From Deltaproteobacteria bacterium (GTDB lineage: Bacteria; CG2-30-53-67): DNA of 32,452 nucleotides. Position 1 is the stretch's first letter, and each line of letters begins with the position of its first letter. Position numbers and translations under genes: made by a program. The notes under the pieces are model-generated. The model searched no databases, was not told the origin of the DNA, and worked only from the letters and a program-made list of their open reading frames with translations. This document shows positions 1 to 9,530 of this stretch, piece by piece. The stretch lies in the NCBI GenBank assembly GCA_013151235.1, contig JAADIO010000024.1:1-32452 (forward strand). Reading direction: 5' to 3'.

Positions 1-765
1 TTCAGCAAACTTCTTCTGAATATACCCCTTTCACTTACTGTGCATGCCCATGAGTTTTTCACAAATCCGAATCCCCGCCTTTTCAGGCATGCTCTCGGCA
101 AATGCGACCGTATTTTCCCGATCGCCGAGAAGTGGTCCTCTTTACTGAACAAGGAGTACGGCGTGCCCGCGGAGAAGATCTTTCTTAACCGTCTCTTTGT
201 GGACACCGACAGGTACCGGCCTTTGAAAGACCGCTTGGTCCTTTCTGTCGGGCGCTTTACCGAACGAAAGGGATTCCGGTATCTTATGCAGGCGGCCTCG
301 ATTCTGAAGGATGAGCCTGTGCATTTCGTTGTTGTCGGGTTCGGGCCCCTGGATGTCGGGGCGCTTGCCTACGAAATGGATGTTGAAGAGAAGGTTACGA
401 TTTTCCATAAACTTAATCAGGAACAACTAAGGTTGTTGTATCAGAAAGCCGATATCTATTGCTTGCCCTCCATCACTACAGATGAGGAAGGAACGGAAGG
501 CATTCCAGTTGTGCTTATGGAGGCCATGGCATGCGGCCTGCCTGTTGTCTCCACACGGTGTGGTGCCGTGGAAGAACTGGTGGAGGAGATCCTTGTTCCT
601 GAGCGCGACCCCGCAGCGCTGGCCGATGGGATAAGGCAAATAATCGGTTCGGACGAACTCGCCGACCGGTATGGCAAACGAAACCGCGAGATTGTGATGG
701 AGAAGTTTTCCGAAGATAATATCCGTCTTTTCATGTCGAATATACTGTCCATGCTGAATCCTTGA
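1..765 (+). CDS. GT4 family glycosyltransferase (WcaL-like), 5'-truncated by window edge
   Basis: Frame is open from base 1 (FSKLLLNIPFSLTVHAHE...). GT-B motifs VGRFTERKG and TEGIPVVLMEAMACGLPVVST (ExxxxxxxE). Convergent with the minus-strand operon. Confidence 0.9.
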   Translation, partial: FSKLLLNIPLSLTVHAHEFFTNPNPRLFRHALGKCDRIFPIAEKWSSLLNKEYGVPAEKIFLNRLFVDTDRYRPLKDRLVLSVGRFTERKGFRYLMQAASILKDEPVHFVVVGFGPLDVGALAYEMDVEEKVTIFHKLNQEQLRLLYQKADIYCLPSITTDEEGTEGIPVVLMEAMACGLPVVSTRCGAVEELVEEILVPERDPAALADGIRQIIGSDELADRYGKRNREIVMEKFSEDNIRLFMSNILSMLNP

Positions 766-777
766 CATATGATATAT

Positions 778-1587
778 TCAGTGACGGTTTCCGGGCGGCA
801 ACGCAAGCCCATATTTGTGAAAGTATTTGATTAAACTGGCCAGGTGACGCCGCAGTGCAAGCGAAGGGAGCAGAAGCGGTCCCGATCTTGTACTCTCGTG
901 TTTTATGGCGTGGATGATCCTTGTTCCGGGGAAAAACTTGACTTTCCAGCCTTTCTGCCAGAACCGCCTGCACCAGTCGACATCTTCCATATACAGAAAG
1001 TAGCGTTCATCCATCCCTCCCGTATCCTCGACGGCTTCCTTCTTTACAAATACGGCGCCGCCTATAGCCCAGTCTATATCCCGTATGTTTTTTCGGTCGA
1101 AGTCCTTCATAAAATAGCGTCGATGTTCTTTCTGTTTCCTGTCCAAGACCTTGCCGATAAATGTGCGGACATACAGGAAGGTGTATATGTGAGGAAAACG
1201 TCTGCATACTTCCTGCCTGGTGCCGAAATGATCGGTAACTTCCGGTACGATCAGACCGATATCCTTGCCGGATGACAAGTAATCAACAGCGGCCTTGACC
1301 CCCGGTTCATCCAGGCGGGCGTCGGGGTTCAGTATCAGTATTGCAGGTGCCCGGGCAATGCGAAGGCCTGCGTTGACTCCCCCTGCGTAGCCCCGGTTCC
1401 TGTCCTGTAGTATCACTCTTGTATTTTTCAGCTTTTGCTTGAAAATCGCGGCTCTGTCAGGGTCGTATACGGAGTTGGAAACCACAATGGTCTCGTATGG
1501 AAGATCGCAATAGCGTTCTATGCTTCCAATGCATTCCAATACGTCGCCGAACGACTGATATTCCACGATGATGATTGAGAGGTCCAT
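778..1587 (-). CDS. GT2 family glycosyltransferase (WbbL/rhamnosyltransferase-like)
   Basis: MDLSIIIV start; NRGYAGGVNAG, ILILNPDA, DWAIGGAVFV and GGMDERYFLYMEDVDWCRR motifs of the GT2 WbbL-like subgroup. Confidence 0.9.
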   Translation of the reverse strand: MDLSIIIVEYQSFGDVLECIGSIERYCDLPYETIVVSNSVYDPDRAAIFKQKLKNTRVILQDRNRGYAGGVNAGLRIARAPAILILNPDARLDEPGVKAAVDYLSSGKDIGLIVPEVTDHFGTRQEVCRRFPHIYTFLYVRTFIGKVLDRKQKEHRRYFMKDFDRKNIRDIDWAIGGAVFVKKEAVEDTGGMDERYFLYMEDVDWCRRFWQKGWKVKFFPGTRIIHAIKHESTRSGPLLLPSLALRRHLASLIKYFHKYGLALPPGNRH

Positions 1588-1596
1588 ATTTGCCTT

Positions 1597-2706
1597 TTAT
1601 GTACGGTTACGGTTTTCCGAGAGTTCTCTGAAGATATCCATGTATTGGTCAACTATGTTATCCAGGTCGTGATATTTCTTTACATAGGATCGGGCGTTCT
1701 TGCCGTAGGCGATACGCAAGTCCCTGTTGCACATTAGGTCATTTATGTCGTTCAGGAACTGCCCGAATGTGCCGGAAACACGTCCCAGTCCGTGCTCTGT
1801 TATGACGTTGTCCGGGTCGACGGTAAGGCTGACGACCGGTGTCCCATGTTGCCATGCCTGGATGAATGTGTTCGGGAATCCCTCGTGAAGGGATGTGTTT
1901 ATGAGGAGGGCGGCGTTTGCGAAGTATTCATGTATTTCTTCAAAGGGCACATATCCGCGCAATGTCAGATTTTTTGTTCCATCTGCAGCGTAATTTTCAT
2001 GTTTGCCGGGGGCATAGTCCGCCACTATCATGTTGAAACGCAGTCCGGGAAGTGCTTTTGCCGCCCCGGGAACCAGCCAGGGGCGCTTGTCTTTCTGGTT
2101 GTTGCCGACCCAGAGCACTGATCCGTCATCTTTGCCGCTGTCTGAGGATTGCATGGAGTGTGCGTTACGTATAACGGTCACCGGACAGTTTGCCATGTTT
2201 CTGAATCCCGTCTTTTGCCTCAGGTTCTGGGCAACGATATAGTCAGCCATTTTCAGGCCGATGCGATAGGATATATAGTTGAACCAGTGGGCATGCTTCT
2301 TGAGAAAGACCACGTCCACATCTGTATCTTTCTGTCCTACTTGAATAAGTTTGCTTCCGGTCTTCCTGCAGAAGATCCCTAAAGGCATGAGTATGTTTCT
2401 CGGTATCTTGATGATGTGAATATCCGCCCCGATTCTTCGAAGTACCCTCCAGAGCGTAAGGATTAAAAAGGCGAAGCGGATCTTCTGCCCTGAGATGTCG
2501 AAAGGAACCTTGTGTATGTGAATGCCCTCCGAATACTCATATGCAGGCTGGCCGAAGTCGTCAACCAGGAAATGCACATCTATTCCCCTGCGTGCAAAGG
2601 CAGAGCCTATGGTTTTCATCTGCAGTTCGGCCCCCCCGGTCAGTCTTTCGGCAGGTATGCCTTTCAGTAACGGGTAGGCGTTAGGGCTGATAATGCAGAC
2701 TTTCAA
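1597..2706 (-). CDS. GT4 family glycosyltransferase
   Basis: TTG start, MKVCIIS...GGAELQ N-terminus, C-terminal TSLHEGFPNTFIQAWQHGTPVVS motif. Confidence 0.9.
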   Translation of the reverse strand: MKVCIISPNAYPLLKGIPAERLTGGAELQMKTIGSAFARRGIDVHFLVDDFGQPAYEYSEGIHIHKVPFDISGQKIRFAFLILTLWRVLRRIGADIHIIKIPRNILMPLGIFCRKTGSKLIQVGQKDTDVDVVFLKKHAHWFNYISYRIGLKMADYIVAQNLRQKTGFRNMANCPVTVIRNAHSMQSSDSGKDDGSVLWVGNNQKDKRPWLVPGAAKALPGLRFNMIVADYAPGKHENYAADGTKNLTLRGYVPFEEIHEYFANAALLINTSLHEGFPNTFIQAWQHGTPVVSLTVDPDNVITEHGLGRVSGTFGQFLNDINDLMCNRDLRIAYGKNARSYVKKYHDLDNIVDQYMDIFRELSENRNRT

Positions 2707-2723
2707 TTATTATCCCCCCGTAG

Positions 2724-3560
2724 CTATAAGCTGTTTATATGATTGATCTGATGCAGGTATATCTGCACAATCGCTTTATGAGGCCATTTGAACTTGTTCT
2801 CCCAGTCACCTACGATCCCTTTACGGTAAAAGCTGTAGCCGCGTTTTTTGTTTTCCAGCCGGTAATGACTGCTTTTTATGCTGTAGAAGTTGGTTCTCAG
2901 ATTGTCGAGAAAGGAGTCGTCGTACGTTGTTTCCATAAAGTCGAATACACGGCCCATCGTTCCCTGGAAATCTTTTTTTATCTCTTCGTAATGGATGATA
3001 AGGCCGTCCTGCCCCTTTTTGATATCTTCGGCCCATTGTCTGTTCAGGATTATCCAATTACGGATGTGTCTGAGGAACAACAGAAAAGATCGTGGTGTGA
3101 AGGCCAGCAGGTTGTTCCGGACGTTTGTCTTCCATACGGAGAAGGATACGATTACATCGCGTACGTCTCTTACCAGAATGATTTTCTTGGATTCCGGAAA
3201 GTATTCCTGCAGAACCTTGAGATATGATAACTGTTCCGGGAATCTGCTTAGTGACTGCACAGCGGAGTATGCGGTTCTGTCACCGATATATCCTGTATAA
3301 TCGTTCGCTTCTTCGTCCGTCATCCCGACGTTGGCGGCCATCATTCGCCGTATCATGTCACGGGCACAGCTCCTGTACAGGCCTCTGTCCAACATGATCC
3401 CGTGGGAGATATGGTCGCCGGTTTTTATTCTGCTCATGTGCGTCAAGGCGGTGGAGGGTTTGAGTTCTCCGTTGATGCGTATTGACGTATGCTGGTTCAG
3501 GCATGTCTGCAGCCAGTTGGAACCTGAACGCTGCATGGAAACGACAAAAAATTCTTTCAT
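2724..3560 (-). CDS. PAPS-dependent sulfotransferase (Sulfotransfer_1-like)
   Basis: 5'-PSB loop SMQRSGSNWL, 3'-PB LVRDVRDVIVS, C-terminal FYRKGIVGDW. Start moved to ATG 3560 (MKEFF; upstream AAGAAGG), which removes the overlap with the upstream GT. Confidence 0.85.
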   Translation of the reverse strand: MKEFFVVSMQRSGSNWLQTCLNQHTSIRINGELKPSTALTHMSRIKTGDHISHGIMLDRGLYRSCARDMIRRMMAANVGMTDEEANDYTGYIGDRTAYSAVQSLSRFPEQLSYLKVLQEYFPESKKIILVRDVRDVIVSFSVWKTNVRNNLLAFTPRSFLLFLRHIRNWIILNRQWAEDIKKGQDGLIIHYEEIKKDFQGTMGRVFDFMETTYDDSFLDNLRTNFYSIKSSHYRLENKKRGYSFYRKGIVGDWENKFKWPHKAIVQIYLHQINHINSL

Positions 3561-3586
3561 ACCGGCCTTCTTTTTCGTGATCTGGA

Positions 3587-4768
3587 TTATATGCTCCGGA
3601 TAAAACGGAATATTTCTTTGCCCCACTTTATGTAGCCGAATGATCTTTCTACATGCAGTGAGGCTGCCTTACCCGTTTCTGCCGCCTTTCCCGGAGAGGA
3701 TAGCACTTCGGATATCTTCTTTGCAAAGCCTTCTATGGTAACGGTGTGATCGACGTAAGCGTTTATTCCGTCTGTGAAGTTATGTGCTATTTCGCCCACA
3801 TGTGAGGTGACGATAGGTTTCCCGAGGCTCATGTAATGCAGAATCTTCTGTGGAAATCTTCCCCGGTGCCTATCTGTGGATAAAAGCGGAAGTAGAAGCG
3901 CTGTAGATCTATGCTCAAGCCATCTGAATTCGGGTGGATTCAGGAAGCCGCAGAAAAAGACACGATCTTGTATGTCCAAATCCCTGGCAAGTAACATCCA
4001 GCCATTGAGTGCTTCCCGTGAATACTTGCCCGTAATGCAAAGCCTGAAGTTGTGTTTTACCAAGGCAAGAGCTCGCAAGGTGACCTCCAGCAGTTCTTTG
4101 TATTCTTTGCTGGCAGTGTATATCAGCAAAGGGGTGTCACCCAAGATTTTGTCAGCTATTGCCTGCGGCAGACGCACCTCAAGTTCCTGGTCTCCAGTTT
4201 TGGGGCCCCACAGAGCTGGGACATATAGAGTGCTCTTGAGTCTGTTCAGTTTGTGAAAGAGGAGATCGCTTATTACCATGAATGCATCCGATTCTTTCAG
4301 TATGTATCTCCATTGCCATCGTACAAGCGGGTTCCTTTTGTACGAAGGGAATGCGGGTGAGTATTCCATAATGTTTCCAATCATAGGAGTTTTCATCCTG
4401 TGTTTTATGATGACGGCGGGGATGAGTGTCTCGATCGCTCCTCTGAAAAGAATGATGACGCTTTCATCCTTTCCTGCAAGTTTTTTTAATACTCTGAAGA
4501 GCCGCCATGCAAGGCCGATGTTGTTCAACAGTTTGTCCAGTTTGTGGCTTCCCGCATAAAGCCGTCCTTTTGTGCCGGGATAGAGATCATAACGGCATCC
4601 TGACGGGAATGCCTCTTTATATGATTTATATTCTTCCGCCGTATGGCAGAGGTTTACCATGGATACCTTCATGCCGGCTGCAGCGATACCTTCCGCCATC
4701 CAATGTGCTTTCTCCATAACGGAAGGATTCCAACACGGCAGAACGATTATGCAATGATTAACCTCCAT
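3587..4768 (-). CDS. Divergent GT4-like (GT-B) glycosyltransferase
   Basis: C-terminal RVFFCGFL...RFPQKILHYMSLGKPIVTSHVGEI, a variant of the FPxKxxEYMAxGKPVV motif; located in the polysaccharide operon. Confidence 0.8.
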   Translation of the reverse strand: MEVNHCIIVLPCWNPSVMEKAHWMAEGIAAAGMKVSMVNLCHTAEEYKSYKEAFPSGCRYDLYPGTKGRLYAGSHKLDKLLNNIGLAWRLFRVLKKLAGKDESVIILFRGAIETLIPAVIIKHRMKTPMIGNIMEYSPAFPSYKRNPLVRWQWRYILKESDAFMVISDLLFHKLNRLKSTLYVPALWGPKTGDQELEVRLPQAIADKILGDTPLLIYTASKEYKELLEVTLRALALVKHNFRLCITGKYSREALNGWMLLARDLDIQDRVFFCGFLNPPEFRWLEHRSTALLLPLLSTDRHRGRFPQKILHYMSLGKPIVTSHVGEIAHNFTDGINAYVDHTVTIEGFAKKISEVLSSPGKAAETGKAASLHVERSFGYIKWGKEIFRFIRSI

Positions 4769-5696
4769 TTTTGGGAGACTCCATTATTGCTTGACCTGGG
4801 CTTATCCAACCTGCAAGGTCGATATCCAGAATCTTTTCCAGAAGCGCAATGTCAGGTGCGTAGAAATCTGCCAGTCTACAACGCAGGTCATTCGGCATGG
4901 GCGGCGGTCTGTACGGCTTACGGCTCCTCAGTGTGCCGAGCAGGAAATTGACTCCCGGTTTTATGATCCGGACATAGAATACTTGAGGCATATACCGGAC
5001 TATGAAAGATTTTATCCTGTCCCGGCCGGAAATAAACCCGAGAAGAAGGTGAATCGTCTTGTTTCTTGGTATGACGGAAACGTTATAATTCAATGATATG
5101 TCGGGCACGAACTCTGTGTCCACCGATAGGTAACTGAATATGTCCTGAAGAATACTTAACGGTTGAGTTTTGAAATGATCATACAGGTAGATTCTGAGCT
5201 GCTCTTTAGAGAAGAGAGCAAGGTACCTTTGGATCTGTTCGCCGTACAGCCCTCTTGCAAGGTATATGCTCTTTGTTGGGGCTGTATCCATTAAATATTT
5301 CTCATCCTGGATCACTTGGCGAAAGTCCGTCCTTTGCTCACGCCCTTCTCTTATCAGGAAAAGATATTGTGAATAAGCTCTTTCTATAGGGTTGCGAAGT
5401 ACAGCGATCATCTTTATGTCAGGGATATAGTGTTTGATTCTGGACGGTGCCTTGCGGCTGAAGAGATAATAGGTTGAGCCTTCCCCGACTGCTTTTTCGG
5501 ATTGCACGTTGTCAAAGAGTTTTTCATAGGTCTTGAGAGATGTGTAGGGATATCTGCCGCTCTTGTCTCCTTCGAAGGCAAAGAAACGCGGTTCTTTTTC
5601 CGGGCTCATGTAGATTTCGGGGTGCTGGCGCAGGTAGTGATAGAGGGATGTCGTGCCGGATTTCTGCGCCCCTATTATGAGAAAATTAGGCAGCAT
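4758..5696 (-). CDS. Sulfotransferase (heparan-sulfate 3-O/N-sulfotransferase-domain-like bacterial family)
   Basis: MLPNFLIIGAQKSGTTSLYHYLRQHP, KEPRFF, GEGSTYY, LRNPIERAYSQY, YLARGLY. Confidence 0.92.
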   Translation of the reverse strand: MLPNFLIIGAQKSGTTSLYHYLRQHPEIYMSPEKEPRFFAFEGDKSGRYPYTSLKTYEKLFDNVQSEKAVGEGSTYYLFSRKAPSRIKHYIPDIKMIAVLRNPIERAYSQYLFLIREGREQRTDFRQVIQDEKYLMDTAPTKSIYLARGLYGEQIQRYLALFSKEQLRIYLYDHFKTQPLSILQDIFSYLSVDTEFVPDISLNYNVSVIPRNKTIHLLLGFISGRDRIKSFIVRYMPQVFYVRIIKPGVNFLLGTLRSRKPYRPPPMPNDLRCRLADFYAPDIALLEKILDIDLAGWISPGQAIMESPKNGG

Positions 5697-5721
5697 GGGT
5701 TAATCCATCAGCGGGCTGTTG

Positions 5722-6969
5722 TTATGCACTCTTGCCCATCGTCTTTTTAACGGTGTCCTTGTCATGTACTATCATGGAGAACATTATTCCAACCATGATG
5801 GCTATAAAGCGTAGGATTCTGCCCAAATCGGAGAAACTCCATGCCAGCAACAATACGCTCAGGGCCGTTACTGTTGCTTTACTGAACTCGGTGCGTTGTC
5901 CGGAGATGTTCAGGAATTTCCAAAAACTTCTCAACATGAAAAGCCATGCGGCGAAGCCTATGAGTCCGAGTTCCACGAGTATTTGCAGATATAGGTTGTG
6001 CGGCGGGAGAAGAATTCCCGTATGTTTGGCAAGTTGAAAGCGTGCGGTTTCAAAGCCGGTGCCCATAAATACATAGTATATATTGGAAAGGTATATTTTC
6101 TCTAATCCCAGCCAGATGGAGCTTCGTCCCGCCGAGATGGTTTTGACGTTGTTGCTGAAGGTTTGCTGGGCGATGCGGTCAAATGAGCTTCGAAGAATGT
6201 CATTGTGCACGAGAAAGCCTATAGCTATGAATACTGTACCGAATATGAAGAGAAAGGCAACTGTTTTGAAATCCTTGTGATGGATTGTAATCCATCCAAG
6301 AACAATAACCATTGCCAGAATACCACCTCTTGAGCCGGACATCAGTATGAATGCAATCTCTGAGGCGAGAGCCAGCATTTGCAGAGCTCCGGCTGTCTTG
6401 ATCTCCGCTGTCGTTATCATGTGATAGGTTATCGGCATGAGAAAACAGAAAAAGTAGGCCATCTGGTTGGGGTTTGCGAATGTGCCTGTATATCGTCCGC
6501 TGTAGAGATCTCCGGATACTGTCGGAAGATTGAGTACTCCGGCTCGCATGGCGATAAATGCCGCCACGTTTACAAGTACGAATAAAACAATCCCTGCCTG
6601 CAGGAATTTTCTCGCCTGTGATGCTGTGTCGATAAGCAGGAACATGAGGATATACAGCACCACAGGTTCTATGAAACGGTAGCGCAGTTGCCTGATCTGG
6701 TCGAAAAGGCTCATGTCCATGCGTCCCAATAAAACATTTAACGCTATGCTTACACAAAGTATTGTGAGAAAAATGAGCAGGCTGGATATGCACGGGATTT
6801 TTTTTCTATGCAAATTCTTTTTTGCGGCTTCGGAAAAAAGTATGTAAATAAGAATGGCATACATCAAAAGTGTCTTCGGTGTGATGCCTCGCATGATTCC
6901 CAGGTTGATGGGGTACAGCCCGCCTATAATTATTGCGAGGAGCAGCAGGATAAAGAGTGTATATTTCAT
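5722..6969 (-). CDS. O-antigen ligase/Wzy polymerase family membrane protein
   Basis: Multiple hydrophobic segments; RYTGTFANPNQMA, SGSRGG, SAGRSSIW, GTGF and PHNLYLQILVELGLIG (Wzy_C signature). Confidence 0.88.
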   Translation of the reverse strand: MKYTLFILLLLAIIIGGLYPINLGIMRGITPKTLLMYAILIYILFSEAAKKNLHRKKIPCISSLLIFLTILCVSIALNVLLGRMDMSLFDQIRQLRYRFIEPVVLYILMFLLIDTASQARKFLQAGIVLFVLVNVAAFIAMRAGVLNLPTVSGDLYSGRYTGTFANPNQMAYFFCFLMPITYHMITTAEIKTAGALQMLALASEIAFILMSGSRGGILAMVIVLGWITIHHKDFKTVAFLFIFGTVFIAIGFLVHNDILRSSFDRIAQQTFSNNVKTISAGRSSIWLGLEKIYLSNIYYVFMGTGFETARFQLAKHTGILLPPHNLYLQILVELGLIGFAAWLFMLRSFWKFLNISGQRTEFSKATVTALSVLLLAWSFSDLGRILRFIAIMVGIMFSMIVHDKDTVKKTMGKSA

Positions 6970-6985
6970 TTTGTCACCGATGTGC

Positions 6986-7960
6986 TCAAAAATGCATGAA
7001 GAGATTGTGCTTTTCTTTAAAGTGCTGCCGTATTTTATCCGTTATCAATTTCATCTCAAATATGGTGTATAAATGGCATTTCGCAAGGTTAAAACGGTCG
7101 GCCAGGCTGCCTCTGCCGGTTGGTTGAAAAGAACGTATGTCATCTATTAGTTGTGCCATATCGTAACCGAAAGACCGTATTGTATTCTCTCCCAACCGTT
7201 GTATATATTTAAGCGCGTATTTTTGCCTGAATGGCGTGTTTAAGATTCTGCGCCATTTGTGCAGAGATTCTTCGCTTATATCCTCATATTTGGTATAGCC
7301 GACTTTGTCTCCCATCCCGGTAATAGGCACTTTTGTGAATTTTTCGATCATGGTTTCGCTGAACGGGATGTCCATGTACTCGCATATGGATTGGAGTACC
7401 GGCTCCGGAGTGCGGACAAGTTCTTCATACTGGATTGCTATGCTCTTGTTTTTTAATGTTGCCGATGCGCGTGATAAAAGAGAAGGCCCCTTGTATAGAT
7501 CAATCTTGTGCCACGGATCTCCGAGCCGGTTACCGTAGAAGGATGCTATGGTTGAGGCCAGGACAGAGATCGGGTTTCTGTACAGGAATATGAATTTACC
7601 GTTCGGGAATATTCGGGCAATATCCTCGGCTATTAGATAATAGCGCGGAGTCTTGTCCAGGAAGAAACGGGCGTTGTTCTTGTTCAGCTTGGAGTATAGC
7701 GTTTCCGAAAAGTTTCTTATCGCTTCATAGTAATCTTGCCTGCCGTTGGGCAGATTGTCCAACAGGTGTTTTACGGTACGCCGTAACGACATAAAACTGA
7801 ACTCCGCATATACCCCATGATCCTTGAGTGTATAAACAAGAGGGATCAGGAACCATGGCTCGGAGGTGGTTTCCACGTCAGGGTGTGCCGCCAACATTCT
7901 TTGAAGTAATGTAGAACCTGATCGTGGCATAGAAAATATGAAAACAGGTGTTGTTCCCAT
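6986..7960 (-). CDS. Sulfotransferase (Sulfotransfer_3-like)
   Basis: PVFIFSMPRSGSTLLQRMLAAHP, FLDKTPRY, LYRNPISVLAS, IQYEELVRTPE. Confidence 0.92.
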   Translation of the reverse strand: MGTTPVFIFSMPRSGSTLLQRMLAAHPDVETTSEPWFLIPLVYTLKDHGVYAEFSFMSLRRTVKHLLDNLPNGRQDYYEAIRNFSETLYSKLNKNNARFFLDKTPRYYLIAEDIARIFPNGKFIFLYRNPISVLASTIASFYGNRLGDPWHKIDLYKGPSLLSRASATLKNKSIAIQYEELVRTPEPVLQSICEYMDIPFSETMIEKFTKVPITGMGDKVGYTKYEDISEESLHKWRRILNTPFRQKYALKYIQRLGENTIRSFGYDMAQLIDDIRSFQPTGRGSLADRFNLAKCHLYTIFEMKLITDKIRQHFKEKHNLFMHF

Positions 7961-7961
7961 T

Positions 7962-9269
7962 TCAGGCAGCCTTCCCGGATATTGTTGTCAAATCGTTTTT
8001 GTATGTAATAAAGATTGCTCCGACTATGATGGATATCTCAACAAGAACATTCGCCGACACGAAGTAAGCGATCACATCTTCCGGTTTTCCCGTCAGCTTG
8101 TAACCAAGCCATATTGCAGATATCGACAGCAGGGCCTTTGCCAACGTGAAGAAAACTTTCATATGTTGCTTTTTGAAAACTTCATATGTCGTGTTGGCCG
8201 GTGCCACTGCGAACAAGACCAGAAACCAGGGAGACAGTATACGTACATATACGCCTGCCTGAAACCATTTTTTGCCGAAAATGGTTCCGAACAATGGTTC
8301 TGCATAGATCATAAGCAGAAGGAAAGGTATGCAGCCGGTTATGAATAAGACGCCGGTCGTTTTTATGAGTGACGGCAATATACGGGCACCATGATTGTAT
8401 TCATGTGCGATCCGTTGAAAAAATACATTCTGAACGGACATGGACATAATGTTCAACGGTCTTCGTATAATGCGGTTCCCCAAACTGTACAGGCCAACTA
8501 TTACAGGAGAGAAGATTATCGAAAAAACCAGTACTATCAGATTTTGTGTAATGACCGTTAATATGGCGTTGCAAGTAGCATATAGCGGGAACTGTATATA
8601 TTCCACGGCCACGGCTTTTATTGATTTGCTGTTCAGTGATCTCCTGATTTCGGCAAAGTGGAAAAGGTCGGGTGATCGAATTATTATCGCCAATGATACC
8701 ATGAAACCTGTTATAGTGCCTAATATTAGGCCTCCAGCCGTAGCGCCGGCAAAGAGAGCTATTGCGATCTTTGCAACAGAGGCCGAAGCCGCTTCCCCGA
8801 TTCTGGCAAATGCAATAGAGCGAAATCCCTTCTGGCGGATGTGCAACGATTTCACGATATTGAAAATGCCTACCAGCAACAATCCTGCGGGGACCCAGTA
8901 TAACCACGATATGGTGTATGCTCCTTTCAGGAGTGATAGTAACCTGCCGGAAAAAGCGAATATAAGCGATGTTGAAAGCAAGGCTATAACAAGAAGGATT
9001 ATTAATGACAGAAATGCTATATTGTATGCGCTTGAATTGTTTTTGGGTAAGATGATTGCGCGTTCATAGCAAAGTGTGCCGACTTTGGAAACTATGTTGA
9101 CGTATGATAGAAATAGTGCGAATAAACCGAAGTTCTCAGGTGTATATAATCGCGTTAATATAGGCGAGGCCGCAAAGGATATTACCTGTGCGATGAAGGC
9201 TCCACTTACAAGTGCAAGAACGTTTTTTGAGAACCGCGATGTGATCAGTTTTGACGTCGCATTTATCAT
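7962..9269 (-). CDS. wzx: Wzx-type polysaccharide flippase (MOP superfamily)
   Basis: KNVLALVSGAFIAQVISFAASPILTRLYTPENFG N-terminus and many TM segments. Start is ATG 9269 or 9290 (uncertain). Confidence 0.88.
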   Translation of the reverse strand: MINATSKLITSRFSKNVLALVSGAFIAQVISFAASPILTRLYTPENFGLFALFLSYVNIVSKVGTLCYERAIILPKNNSSAYNIAFLSLIILLVIALLSTSLIFAFSGRLLSLLKGAYTISWLYWVPAGLLLVGIFNIVKSLHIRQKGFRSIAFARIGEAASASVAKIAIALFAGATAGGLILGTITGFMVSLAIIIRSPDLFHFAEIRRSLNSKSIKAVAVEYIQFPLYATCNAILTVITQNLIVLVFSIIFSPVIVGLYSLGNRIIRRPLNIMSMSVQNVFFQRIAHEYNHGARILPSLIKTTGVLFITGCIPFLLLMIYAEPLFGTIFGKKWFQAGVYVRILSPWFLVLFAVAPANTTYEVFKKQHMKVFFTLAKALLSISAIWLGYKLTGKPEDVIAYFVSANVLVEISIIVGAIFITYKNDLTTISGKAA

Positions 9270-9340
9270 AGGGGTCACCCAAGGGGTCATGCGCTATAAT
9301 TTTGTCAAGCAGAAAATTTAAGAGAAAGTTCTTCCCCCAA

Positions 9341-9434
9341 CCCCGAAGAGGGGTCAAGTCTGCTCTTGGCTCTTCTTGCCGGGGGGGGACACTCCAGGGT
9401 CCCCCCTCACTCCTTCGGTACACTCAGGCAGGCC
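9341..9434 (+). repeat. Composite palindromic repeat A, copy 1
   Basis: ccccgaagaggggtcaagtctgctcttggctcttcttgccggggggggacactccagggtcccccctcactccttcggtacactcaggcaggcc; 7 differences by manual alignment from 10419-10511. Confidence 0.95.
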
Positions 9435-9464
9435 TGACCCTCTCCCCGAGGGGTGAGAGGGAAC

Positions 9465-9490
9465 AGAAAATGGGAAGTTCGAATCTTCCC
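9465..9490 (-). terminator. Candidate intrinsic terminator after the HEPN gene
   Basis: Minus strand reads GGGAAG-attcgaa-CTTCCC followed by attttct. A second hairpin, ccccttc-ttc-gaagggg, lies at 9500-9516. Confidence 0.4.
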
Positions 9491-9530
9491 CCTCTGCTCC
9501 CCCTTCTTCGAAGGGGATGGGATCTCTACG

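Noticed and set aside
9271-9308. TTGACA on the minus strand as a wzx -35 box, and two GGGGTCA heptamers
   Set aside because: No -10 box at 16-18 bp; the heptamers are too short to call repeat copies.
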